A DNA stretch of 64,000 nucleotides from Myxococcota bacterium (GTDB lineage: Bacteria > Myxococcota_A > SURF-8 > G963663525): NCBI GenBank assembly GCA_963676915.2, contig CAXXVK010000031.1, forward strand, positions 1-64,000, written 5' to 3'. The translations under genes and the position numbers were made by a program. This document shows, piece after piece, positions 51,101-59,659 of this stretch (positions within the stretch are counted from its first letter, which is position 1; every line of letters begins with the position of its first letter). The notes below the pieces were generated by a model, which was given only the letters and a program-made list of their open reading frames with translations, had not been told where the DNA came from and made no database searches.

Positions 51101-51618
51101 TTTGCTACGATGCCAACGATGTCTGTCCGGCAGAGTGGGTGGAGATGGAAAACGCCGATTGCGGCGACGAGGGCGGCACGTGCTGTACTCCTTTGATTCC
51201 GAGCGAGTGTGAAGAAGCGGGGGGCTTTTGTGCCTCTGTGAACGAATCCTATACCCTGGTCAATGTAACCTCTAACTATGATTGCAATGAACCCGATCAA
51301 GTGTGTACGGAGGTAGAGTCCTACAGTCGATGCTGGGGACTAGGCGGCTTCCAGGTTTTTTCAAGTGTCATGTTCGATTGTCCCCCGGATTTCGTAAAAA
51401 GTTGCGATAGCGAACACGACTGCTGTTGTTTGGCGTATCCTCCTGAATGCACGGATAACGATTACTGTTCGATTTGGCCGAATTGCAGAATGGATGAAAC
51501 CACGGGGAAGTGCATCGAAACGAGAGGACATTGCCTCTATGGGGAATGCCAGTTTGAGGAAAAATCACTTACGGGATACCAATGCATGGAAAACGGTTTT
51601 TGCCAAGAGCAGCCATAA
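48187..51618 (+). CDS. Giant Cys-rich repeat lipoprotein (beta-defensin-like and 8-Cys repeats)
   Basis: Signal peptide ending LGWHC; repeated C-x3-GG-x-C...C...C...CC units; CGNGICGDAENYCNCPEDC; SEGWY motif. Confidence 0.88.
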   Translation: MKNRFFKGFPVVWVMLACLGWHCDLSSSSVPTADADPCLEDSDCRDGYSCQAGYCIPDHSDVPDDDESDEIADNDETIDVADQDDDSDSADDHTEIDTDDDPEEGNPANTCIALGGTCQPEGSCPDGTVADAESLGCESGTVCCFPAGARPCRDSGGYCEPPVALDCYRDGYHRSQDVVGECGDYNGYCCVPDTECLGEGQTGIKGTDLCCFNLIEVEGTYPLATDSQDDCKPGCENCFYCSRCGNGICGDAENYCNCPEDCPEPFDYCRSVQDCAKEECYINSSDQCVQVTPKCEEYECTSTMQAFEDHLCLDGQCTPRICQPGDTVMHTCWDGEQVMACECLAGGGWRCEDDPNALCADEPVCGLEQVTYYSCPHDNRRIGECFCEVEGSPYCSESEPEGWRPAGTSDYVLEASCKDCRAVCRHVGSYSEGWYDSCSGEVIAWGNCSAEWYCKDDPWKSCSEPDLSCAEAQGTCRQGRCEDDEYNESSFACDSGYCCIPIVFGECMRTGGYCTAEDETCELPYSSILTKSGCSEEKSRCCVCPYEDCSQPTQCEDREDCPDSHCRDIRPENWPEEGTWVCEEINFHCTSGSCEAQFQSLENYYCDSEENRCVSMENSCERSRYGYGHCEESIDLCRLGEFAGAIESGCEDPNPVCCQPKYCSRDAECPDLGCSMEGNICISYRSGCGQNLCHYLSVENPGHVCTEDGQCVVFPEPNCEQAGGTCIGWGPECSETQYNSELSCDYGQCCMPQELGDCHQLGGTCTDPEIECPDGTYAHEHADSCSYYRDKCCLPEESSCPLDITQCSQPRCEHFRLDGQLYCREFQPACRLGQCAENETLTTDKYCASGECYEGPDYCRAIGGYCVQGDECPGIRTSAITEEPVCGEGAVCCSGYGSYWGNTGCPPYGNYDLLEPFCYNTIENTCVGFSPFCVPDMPPSWRLVIASSEYEQFDCIDGECVAPNTCVEQGGLCYDANDVCPAEWVEMENADCGDEGGTCCTPLIPSECEEAGGFCASVNESYTLVNVTSNYDCNEPDQVCTEVESYSRCWGLGGFQVFSSVMFDCPPDFVKSCDSEHDCCCLAYPPECTDNDYCSIWPNCRMDETTGKCIETRGHCLYGECQFEEKSLTGYQCMENGFCQEQP

Positions 51619-51653
51619 AAGAAAACGGCGGGTTTGATACCCGCCGTTTTCTT
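51619..51653. terminator. Bidirectional intrinsic terminator
   Basis: AAGAAAACGGCGGGT-TTGAT-ACCCGCCGTTTTCTT. Confidence 0.88.
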
Positions 51654-51662
51654 TAGCTCTTG

Positions 51663-51739
<77 letters not shown>

Positions 51740-51951
51740 AAGTCTGTCGGTCATTTTCTCCAAAATCAGATAAATCGCAAGCATTTCCTCAACAAAACGA
51801 TTTCCGCCCGTTCATGGCTTGCCATACGAGAGCGTCGAGACTAAGATACCGTGTTTCCGGCGGTTGACATTCAATCACGGTTTTCACAGAAAAAAGCAGA
51901 GGGGCAACGTAGCCCGCACCCTCTGCGGTTATGTAGGAGATGAGGAAAAAT

Positions 51952-53193
51952 ATGGGTGTTTTCAAAGAATTGCAGGACCGAGGGTTAATAAATCAAGTGA
52001 CGGACGAAAGTCTCGCCAAGCGCCTCGATACGGAATCGTTTCCGCATTACATCGGTTTCGACGCTACCGCTTCCAGTTTGCATATCGGTTCGTTGGCTAC
52101 GTTGCTGACCATGCGCCGAATGCAGGATGCCGGACACAAACCCATCGTTCTAGTGGGTGGTGGAACCACAATGGTTGGCGATCCCTCGGGAAAAACCGAG
52201 ATGCGGAAAATGCTCGACAAGACCGATATTGCGGAAAATGCTCGCAAATTTCATAAACAAATGAGCAAGTTCATTAAGCTGGGAGATGGTCCTTCCGACG
52301 GAGTGATCGTCAACAATGCCGAATGGTTGATGGATCTCAACTATATCGAGTTTCTGCGAGATATCGGCAAGCATTTCAGCGTCAACCGAATGCTGACCGC
52401 CGAGTCGGTTAAACTGCGACTGGAAAAAGGGTTGAGTTTTCTCGAATTCAACTACCAACTCCTGCAAGCCTATGATTTCCTTCATTTGTTCCAGACAATG
52501 GACTGCCGTTTGCAAATGGGTGGTTCCGACCAATGGGGGAATATCGTAGCGGGTGTAGAACTGATTCGGCGCGTTTGTGGCAAGGAAGCCTATGGAATCA
52601 CCTTCCCACTGATCACCAAATCCGATGGTCAGAAGATGGGCAAGTCGGAAGCCGGAGCGATCTGGCTGGACCCCGAATTGACCTCTCCTTACGAATACTA
52701 CCAATACTGGGTCAATGTCGAAGACAACGACGTGATTCGTTTTCTCAATTATTTCACGTTCTTACCGCTGGACGAGATTTCGAAACTCGCGGAGTTGCAA
52801 GGCGAGGAACTGCGCGAAGCCAAGCGGGTTCTCGCTTACGAAGTCACCAAACTGACCCATGGCGAAGAAGAGGCACAAAAAGCCGAAAAAGCCGCTCAGG
52901 CTGCGTTTTCCGGTGGGAATGAAATCGATCCCAATGCGGATATCCCCACCGTCGAGATCAAGGCGGAGGATCTGAAAGAGGCGATTCCTTTGGCGAAACT
53001 GATGGCTTCGACCGGCATTGCATCCTCGGGCAAAGAGGCCAAACGTCTCGCAATGGGTGGCGGTGTGACCGTCAACGGCGATAAGGCCGAGGGTCCGCAA
53101 CATCCGATTTCCCTGGAGTTGGCCGACGCCCACGGGCAGATCATTCTACGCATCGGCAAGAAACGCTATCACCGTATTCGGGTGATCGACTAA
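51952..53193 (+). CDS. tyrS: Tyrosine--tRNA ligase
   Basis: GFDATASSLHIGS, GDPSGK, YQLLQAYDF, GGSDQWGNI, KMGKS, S4 tail. Start could instead be 51940. Confidence 0.97.
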   Translation: MGVFKELQDRGLINQVTDESLAKRLDTESFPHYIGFDATASSLHIGSLATLLTMRRMQDAGHKPIVLVGGGTTMVGDPSGKTEMRKMLDKTDIAENARKFHKQMSKFIKLGDGPSDGVIVNNAEWLMDLNYIEFLRDIGKHFSVNRMLTAESVKLRLEKGLSFLEFNYQLLQAYDFLHLFQTMDCRLQMGGSDQWGNIVAGVELIRRVCGKEAYGITFPLITKSDGQKMGKSEAGAIWLDPELTSPYEYYQYWVNVEDNDVIRFLNYFTFLPLDEISKLAELQGEELREAKRVLAYEVTKLTHGEEEAQKAEKAAQAAFSGGNEIDPNADIPTVEIKAEDLKEAIPLAKLMASTGIASSGKEAKRLAMGGGVTVNGDKAEGPQHPISLELADAHGQIILRIGKKRYHRIRVID

Positions 53194-53204
53194 GGAGGTT
53201 TCCG

Positions 53205-54002
53205 ATGCCTTTTCCCCATCCCGCACGTCTGGTTCCTCGTTGGGCGTTCAGTCGTTTAATGGGTATGGTATCCCATACGCCGCTTCCCGTTTCGATACGA
53301 GAACCGGCGTTGGGTCGATTTGCCGAGCGTTTCGGTATCGACCTCGAACCCATCGAGAAAAACCTGAAGGATTACAAAAGCCTCGATGACTTTTTCGTGC
53401 GCAGGCTCAAGCCGGGAGCGCGTCCTATCGACGACGACCCGCAAAGCGTAGTTTGTCCATGTGATGGAGCCTGGCAGGGGTCGGGAAGTGTCGAAAAAGG
53501 TCGGATTTTGCAGGTGAAAGGCATCGATTACAGCCTTACGGAATTGCTGCATGCTCCAGAGCTGGCGCAAGCTTTCGAAGGCGGGTCTTTCGTAACGATC
53601 TACCTCAGCCCGAAGGATTACCACCGGGTACATTTCCCGCTATCGGTTACGGTCGAGTCCGTGCGAAGCATCGCCGGGGAACGCTACCCGGTGGGATTGG
53701 GCTTCGATCGAATGATTCCGTCTTTGTTTGCCCGGAATGCCAGAATGGTGTTTCGTTGCCGTAAAGACGGCAAACCGTTCGTGCTCGTAATGGTGGCGGC
53801 CATGGCGGTTAGCGATATTGAGTGTTGCGTGCCGGAAGAGGGCGAATCTCACGAGGTGCAAAAAGGCGACGAAGCGGGAGTGTTTCACCTTGGTAGTACC
53901 GTGGTGATGCTGTTTCCGCCGAAATGCCGGATCGAGGCGCCCGAAGAAGGTTCTCCGGTGCAATTGGGGCAGAAAATCGGCCTTTGGTCCGTCGAGGACT
54001 GA
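53205..54002 (+). CDS. psd: Phosphatidylserine decarboxylase proenzyme
   Basis: FFVRRLKPGARP, PCDG, QVKG..YSL, IYLSPKDYHRVH, LFARN, FHLGSTV cleavage motif. Confidence 0.92.
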   Translation: MPFPHPARLVPRWAFSRLMGMVSHTPLPVSIREPALGRFAERFGIDLEPIEKNLKDYKSLDDFFVRRLKPGARPIDDDPQSVVCPCDGAWQGSGSVEKGRILQVKGIDYSLTELLHAPELAQAFEGGSFVTIYLSPKDYHRVHFPLSVTVESVRSIAGERYPVGLGFDRMIPSLFARNARMVFRCRKDGKPFVLVMVAAMAVSDIECCVPEEGESHEVQKGDEAGVFHLGSTVVMLFPPKCRIEAPEEGSPVQLGQKIGLWSVED

Positions 54003-54925
54003 TGGGAAGACGACGAAAAGGCAGGACGGAACCGTCGGGCATCCTGCCGTTGATCAAACCCGAAGGCATCACTTCGGCCCATGCCGTAGCCAAGGTGCGA
54101 TCCCGTTTCAAGCTGGCGCGTGTCGGACATTGCGGAACACTCGATCCCTTCGCTTCCGGTGTGTTGCCTTTGGCGATCAACGAAGGCACGAAGCTGGTTT
54201 CCTACCTGATGCAATCATCCAAGCGCTACCGCGCCGGAATGCTTTTGGGATGTTCGAGCGATACGCAGGACATTACCGGAACGATTTTGGAGGAGCGTCC
54301 CGTCACCGTGGGAGAAAAAGAGGTTCGGGAAGCGATTGAAGCGCTGGAAGGGAATCAGCAGCAGATTCCACCGATGTACTCGGCGAAGAAAATCGATGGA
54401 AAGAAACTTTACGATCTTGCACGAAAGGGTAGGGAAGTCACCCGAGAAGCCGTTGATATTCGTGTCGAAAACGTTCGTTTTTTAGGGCTTTCAGACAATA
54501 GGGTACAATTCGAAGCAACGGTGAGTGCAGGAACCTACATCCGCACGCTATGTCACGATGTAGGAGAACGGCTCGGATGTGGTGCCGTGTGCGAAACACT
54601 GGTTAGGGTGGCGTCGTCCGGGTTTTTGCTGGAGGATTGTTGCGAGTTGGAACCGTTACTCGACCATGGCGATGCGGCCTTGGAAGAGGCGCTGGTGCCT
54701 GTAAATTCTCCAGCGTTGCCGATTCCCTGCCTGATCGGTGGAAAACGAGCCGTGGAGGAGGCCATTCACGGACGGTCGATCCCTGGCGATGATGTGGAAT
54801 CGCCTGCTTCCTTTGTATCGGAGTCGCGTGTTTTTCGTCTGCTGAATACGGATCGTCAGCCGGTGGCGCTCGTCGAACCTGAAGGAGAGAACTGGAAGGT
54901 CGTCCGGGGATTCCGGTCGAAATGA
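54002..54925 (+). CDS. truB: tRNA pseudouridine(55) synthase
   Basis: KPEGITS, GHCGTLDPFASGVL, QIPPMYSAKKIDGKKLY, SAGTYIR. Confidence 0.96.
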   Translation: MGRRRKGRTEPSGILPLIKPEGITSAHAVAKVRSRFKLARVGHCGTLDPFASGVLPLAINEGTKLVSYLMQSSKRYRAGMLLGCSSDTQDITGTILEERPVTVGEKEVREAIEALEGNQQQIPPMYSAKKIDGKKLYDLARKGREVTREAVDIRVENVRFLGLSDNRVQFEATVSAGTYIRTLCHDVGERLGCGAVCETLVRVASSGFLLEDCCELEPLLDHGDAALEEALVPVNSPALPIPCLIGGKRAVEEAIHGRSIPGDDVESPASFVSESRVFRLLNTDRQPVALVEPEGENWKVVRGFRSK

Positions 54926-54974
54926 TCAAGAAAAGGCAATTCGTAAGTGTAAGACCTTGAATTGTTAAGCGTTT

Positions 54975-56699
54975 TCAGTTTTCCTGGTTCTGGTTTTTGG
55001 CTGTGCCGGTCCATAAAGAAACAACGACAATCACTGCTGCTGACAAGAAAAATGCAGGCACCAACTCATAGACGTACGAAGCCCACAAATAATGCCAAAC
55101 GATGGTCGTTGTAAATCCTACCAGCATTCCCGCTGCCGCACCCCATTTTGTCACCTTGTTCCACCACAAACCGATGATGAGCAGGGGACCGAATGCCGCT
55201 CCTAAGCCGGACCACGCGAATAATACCAACCAAAAGACAACCTTCGTCATGAACAGGGCGAAAAGCACCGACAAACCACCCAGCACAAGGATTGTCAACC
55301 GTGAGATCAATACGAGTCTGCGCTGACCCTTTTCGTCGTCCAAACCCTTGCCTAAAACCTTTTCCCAAAGATCTCTCGTCACCGAGGACGCGGCAACCAG
55401 CAATTGGCTGTCGGCAGTGGACATAATCGCGGCCATGATTGCTGCCAGCACCAGTCCTGCAAGTACCGGTGGGAAAATGGAAAGTGCCACTTCGGGATAG
55501 GTGTACTCGGGATCGGCCAGAGCCGGGTGACTGAGACGTGCCAGGTGACCAAGTGTAAGGGCACCGTAATACGAGAGAACACCCCATACGATGGCTATCA
55601 GACGGGCCTGCCTGATTTTTGCGGGATCTTTTAGAGCCATGAATCTCGTCACGACGTGCGGTTGTCCGGGATATCCAAGGCCGATTCCAAGCAACCCGAT
55701 GACGAGTCCCAAGAGTGCAATCCCCGTCTTGCCTCCGAAAGAATCCGAGAAATTTTGTCCCGAAACCAAGGTTTTCGCTTCACTGCTTGAAAAATCTATT
55801 CCAGCAAGGTTTAACGGCTGTTTCGGAGTAAGGATCTGCGATGCGCTATTTTGCGAAATCTCAATCGCTTTTGCTTCATTTCCATCCAAAACGAATTTGA
55901 CAGAAGGCCTGAAACCCGATTCGCAGTCGCTACGAAAAGCAAAATGTTTCCCACAAAAGCCGAAAACCAATCCTTCCGGTGGGATGGTTTTCGAGAGGGT
56001 TTGTTCATCTTTCTGAGCGGTTATCGTTACAATAGAGCGTTCCGGGACGTTTTCGAGCTTATTCAAGACCTCTATCGGTCCACCTAACGAGAAGAGGAGC
56101 ACCAAGGGCATAATCACCAATCCAATGACCATCAACACGGCTTGCAAGGCATCCGTCCAGACGACGGCCCGGAAGCCACCGAGCAGTGTATAAATTACGG
56201 TAATGGCAGCGCCAATTGCTACGCCGTATTCAAAAGGAAAACCGAAGATGACTTCGAAGGCTTTGCCCGATGCCGTAAATTGAGCGCCGACGTATCCCAT
56301 CATGCAGAAAAAGATGATCACGGCAGCGATGGTTCGTACGGTTTTTCGTCCCGGATCGAACAGGGATTGAAAAAGATCCGGGAGTGTCACTGCATCGTGT
56401 TTCTCGCTGGCTTTTCGTAAACGTGGTGCGATGAAATACCAGTTGATGAGGTAGCCTCCGAGGCATCCAACGGCCAGCCATACAGCGGAAGCCCCTTCCG
56501 AGTACCCCATACCCACGGCACCCAGCACGATCCACCCGGATTCCGACGAAGCGACCGAGGACAACGCTGCCGCCCATGGGCCGATGGTTCTATCTCCAAG
56601 GAAGTAGGAACCTACCGATTTGTTGCTTCCAGCCGCGACGATCCCGGCAGCCATTACGACCGCCAGGTACAGGACGAAAACTACGATCAACGCCGTCAT
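54975..56699 (-). CDS. putP: Sodium/proline (SSS) symporter with a large loop insertion
   Basis: YFLGDR, SSESGW, GGFRAVVWTD, LGYPGQPH...RFMA, AAIMSTADSQLL, AWSGLGAAFGP. Confidence 0.9.
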   Translation of the reverse strand: MTALIVVFVLYLAVVMAAGIVAAGSNKSVGSYFLGDRTIGPWAAALSSVASSESGWIVLGAVGMGYSEGASAVWLAVGCLGGYLINWYFIAPRLRKASEKHDAVTLPDLFQSLFDPGRKTVRTIAAVIIFFCMMGYVGAQFTASGKAFEVIFGFPFEYGVAIGAAITVIYTLLGGFRAVVWTDALQAVLMVIGLVIMPLVLLFSLGGPIEVLNKLENVPERSIVTITAQKDEQTLSKTIPPEGLVFGFCGKHFAFRSDCESGFRPSVKFVLDGNEAKAIEISQNSASQILTPKQPLNLAGIDFSSSEAKTLVSGQNFSDSFGGKTGIALLGLVIGLLGIGLGYPGQPHVVTRFMALKDPAKIRQARLIAIVWGVLSYYGALTLGHLARLSHPALADPEYTYPEVALSIFPPVLAGLVLAAIMAAIMSTADSQLLVAASSVTRDLWEKVLGKGLDDEKGQRRLVLISRLTILVLGGLSVLFALFMTKVVFWLVLFAWSGLGAAFGPLLIIGLWWNKVTKWGAAAGMLVGFTTTIVWHYLWASYVYELVPAFFLSAAVIVVVSLWTGTAKNQNQEN

Positions 56700-56799
56700 T
56701 TCGTCTCCTTTCGTCACCAGTCTTGAAATAGGTGCCGATACCCAGGGCAATCAGTCCCAAAGGAAAAAGCACGTACAGAATCCAGATGTCCACAGTCAT
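56590..56799 (-). CDS. Small single-TM protein upstream of the SSS transporter
   Basis: SD GGAG; MTVDIWILYVLFPLGLIALGIGTYF. True end is probably near the putP start (about 56697). Confidence 0.55.
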   Translation of the reverse strand: MTVDIWILYVLFPLGLIALGIGTYFKTGDERRRNDGVDRSFRPVPGGRNGCRDRRGWKQQIGRFLLPWR

Positions 56800-56975
56800 C
56801 TTTCCTCCGAATTGAAATTACTTTTGTTTGTGGAGATATCCTAACAGCCCAGGAACGAGGTCGCAACACTGCTCGTCAAGAACTTTTCGAGTGTGCGAAA
56901 AATGGATGTGAGATCAAACGGAAATTTTGCCAAAACATCCATTGAACTAGAATTTAAAGGAATGGTTTCTAGCAA

Positions 56976-58112
56976 CTACTGAATAAGAACTTCGAGCAGT
57001 GCCTCTTTGAGCGATTTCCTGATTTCTTCCAGAAAAGGAAAAAGCGCTTTGAAGTGCGTGTTGGGGATTTCGTCCGGGTTGAACCACTCAAGCTTTCTGG
57101 CATAAGATTCTTTTATCCAGTCCTGTCCGGTGGTCTCGGTTACGCCCAGTATCATGCGCGCGCTGCGTTTCCCGATCCGGTCGTACATGGTTTTGAACTG
57201 GTTTAAATAATTTTTGTCTTTTTGGCTCAGATCGACATTGGTTCGCAGGTGAAACAGAATCATATCCATAGATTCCGTTTGATGGGCGGCAACCTCGGCC
57301 TGAGGGGAGGGCAAAATATCACTTGGATGACTCAATTCACCATGCTTCGGGAGGGGAATCATGCCCGATTCAGGGGCTTGCGGCGTTTCGATTACGGCCA
57401 GACCTTCCACGGCCAGCAGCATTCCCACGAGGGCAATCACTTCCACTTTTTCCAGTTTTCCCATTTTGTAGATTTCCCGGTAGCCAAACGGCGCTCTCAT
57501 TTTGCGAAGCACCTGTTTGATATGAACCGGGATTTCCATTTGGGAAACCAGAGATTGAAACATTTTATCGGGAATCAGGAGTTTTCCATTCATCGCAGCG
57601 CGAAGCGTATTGTATTCGGAGGCGCGCTTGAAGTGGCGATGGATGAAGTACAGGAGCATGTAAATGTTAATCCTGCGAGAAACCACGGGAATGCGATCTT
57701 TATAATCGTATTTTATCCCCCACGTTCCTTTGTGTAACGTTGTCAACTTGCCGATTTTTCGCAAAATCGAGCCGATCACCGCCCGATCGTATTCCCGCCG
57801 GTTGACGACACCTTTTCCAAGCAGATAATCACCCAGTGGAATCCCCGCTGCGATGGCTTCATCTGCAATCGCTTCCAACTTGGATTCCTTCATTTTCTGG
57901 GTCTGTGCGATCAGCCGGGTGAGTTCGGCATATTTGAATCCGGTGCGAACTGCAACGGGTTCGCCTTCTTTGAGCCAGATTTCGCTTCGGGTGTCATTCA
58001 CCATGATATCGATCCGGCAGCGTTTGCGACCAAGAAATTGCTCGAAAAGCAGTTTTTCCAAGGACGGTTCCCCAAGCTGTCCTTCTTTGCTGTAACGGAT
58101 CGGTCCACGCAC
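56976..58112 (-). CDS. DUF4388-like protein with degenerate C-terminal J-like domain
   Basis: EGQL.E.SL..LL, IWLKEGEPV, LGDYLL.KGVV; tail ILGV......IKESY......FNPD. Start uncertain. Confidence 0.7.
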   Translation of the reverse strand: MRGPIRYSKEGQLGEPSLEKLLFEQFLGRKRCRIDIMVNDTRSEIWLKEGEPVAVRTGFKYAELTRLIAQTQKMKESKLEAIADEAIAAGIPLGDYLLGKGVVNRREYDRAVIGSILRKIGKLTTLHKGTWGIKYDYKDRIPVVSRRINIYMLLYFIHRHFKRASEYNTLRAAMNGKLLIPDKMFQSLVSQMEIPVHIKQVLRKMRAPFGYREIYKMGKLEKVEVIALVGMLLAVEGLAVIETPQAPESGMIPLPKHGELSHPSDILPSPQAEVAAHQTESMDMILFHLRTNVDLSQKDKNYLNQFKTMYDRIGKRSARMILGVTETTGQDWIKESYARKLEWFNPDEIPNTHFKALFPFLEEIRKSLKEALLEVLIQ

Positions 58113-58128
58113 GATAAAATACCCGTTG

Positions 58129-59217
58129 TTACATTTCAGAGATATCCGGGCAACCTTCGTCGCTGGGAGCCACATAGATTCCAGGTCCGGCATACCCGCT
58201 ACACGAATTGATATGTTCGATGTCGAAGTTGTATTCTACAGGATCTTCACCATCCACAGGACATCGAATGCGAATCACGCCCGTTGCAAGGCTGTACCCG
58301 TACCAGCCAATAGTGTTACCATCGATGTCGGAGTATCTCATAATGCCACCGGCGGATGTATCGACCATGATCTTCACGAAAAGCTGACCGTCTTTGTAAA
58401 ACTCGTGGGTATTGTAATTGTCGAAGTAACGGACCCAGATGTCGTTGGTTCCCGCGAAAGAATACTGATAGCCGGGAGTTTCACCGGCAGCTTTGTCACA
58501 AGCCGCCCATTCCAACCCCTGAAGGGCTATGATGGGTTGCATAACCTCGAATATACAGGAAGAATTGTAGGTCTGGCAGTCGTAGACCTCTTCGCTGGTA
58601 TCGCCGTCCGCCACTTCGCTGACGCAGATTCCGCCATCGCAATTGTAGCCTTCTTCGCACTGCGTGTTCTGAGTGCAGTTGTCGCATTCATATTGAACGT
58701 TGCAGTAGCCGGTCTCCGCACAATCCGAACCTTCCCAGCATTCGGGAATAATACAATAACCCAGTACGTCTGCTGTGGAACCCGGCTTTTTCAAACAAGC
58801 CGAACCATCGTGTTCACAGTCCGCCAAAGCGTTGCAGCACTGATCGCGGCAGACACCTTCCGAACAGATTTGTGCTTCCGGGCAATCGGTGTCGGCTGAA
58901 CAGTTTTTCGGTACGCAGCATCCGAGATCCGGATCGCAGATTTCCTGGTTATCCGAATCGCAGTCACGATAGGTCGAGCAGGATTTGCAGGAGAGGCAAT
59001 TTCGATTTTCACCGCAATATTCGAGCTTTTTACATTCTGCGTTGGAGTCGCAGTGCTCCGTCTGATCTTCATCCTGGCAACTCAGTCCCATTTGAGACGT
59101 GGTATCGTTGTCTCCACCGTCGGGTGTGCCGTCGCTGTCATCGTCCCCACAGGAAACGAAAGAAAAGAGTGCGACCAGAATTAAAACAAAAAACCAGGAG
59201 CCGCTACGCATCTTCAT
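58129..59217 (-). CDS. Cys-rich acidic lipoprotein
   Basis: Lipobox FVSC; about six C..D.DC....C....C repeats; beta-rich C-terminal domain. Confidence 0.82.
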   Translation of the reverse strand: MKMRSGSWFFVLILVALFSFVSCGDDDSDGTPDGGDNDTTSQMGLSCQDEDQTEHCDSNAECKKLEYCGENRNCLSCKSCSTYRDCDSDNQEICDPDLGCCVPKNCSADTDCPEAQICSEGVCRDQCCNALADCEHDGSACLKKPGSTADVLGYCIIPECWEGSDCAETGYCNVQYECDNCTQNTQCEEGYNCDGGICVSEVADGDTSEEVYDCQTYNSSCIFEVMQPIIALQGLEWAACDKAAGETPGYQYSFAGTNDIWVRYFDNYNTHEFYKDGQLFVKIMVDTSAGGIMRYSDIDGNTIGWYGYSLATGVIRIRCPVDGEDPVEYNFDIEHINSCSGYAGPGIYVAPSDEGCPDISEM

Positions 59218-59659
59218 GCCAAACCTCCGGATCGGGCGTTAAAGTCAACTATCTTTTTACAACAAAAGGAACAACAAAGAAAAACAATTGCACCTTTTTA
59301 CGTCAATCGCTTCCAGAAGGTCAATGGAAGTTTTTTGTTCACAGTCGGCACAACACGAAAATTCAAGTGAAAACTTTCGTGTTGGAGTTCGCTGATCCGA
59401 GATGTTTTCATGGGATTTTCATTGGAAATCTTTACGAAAATTCGGTCAAGCACCGTCCAAAAAAGTTCAGGATGTCTTTGAAGTAGAGTGACGATACTTA
59501 ATATATTTTATTGATATCGTTGAGGAATTTCATTTTTCACGGAAGTGATTAAATTTGACAGGAAGTAGTTTTTCCGAGTATACAGGCAAACAATGAAATA
59601 TTTTCCTTTATTTGTTTGTTGTAAAAATCAACAAGCTTTCCTTGTGAAGCAGAAATAGA

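Noticed and set aside
48187-51618. CRISPR array or DNA tandem repeat
   Set aside because: The repetition exists only at protein level (Cys spacing); there are no identical nucleotide repeats with spacers.
51740-51951. T-box leader for tyrS
   Set aside because: No AAGGTGGNACC-type T-box or terminator, and the leader is too short.
59218-59659. Replication origin in an AT-rich intergenic region
   Set aside because: No TTATCCACA DnaA-box cluster; better explained as a divergent promoter region.
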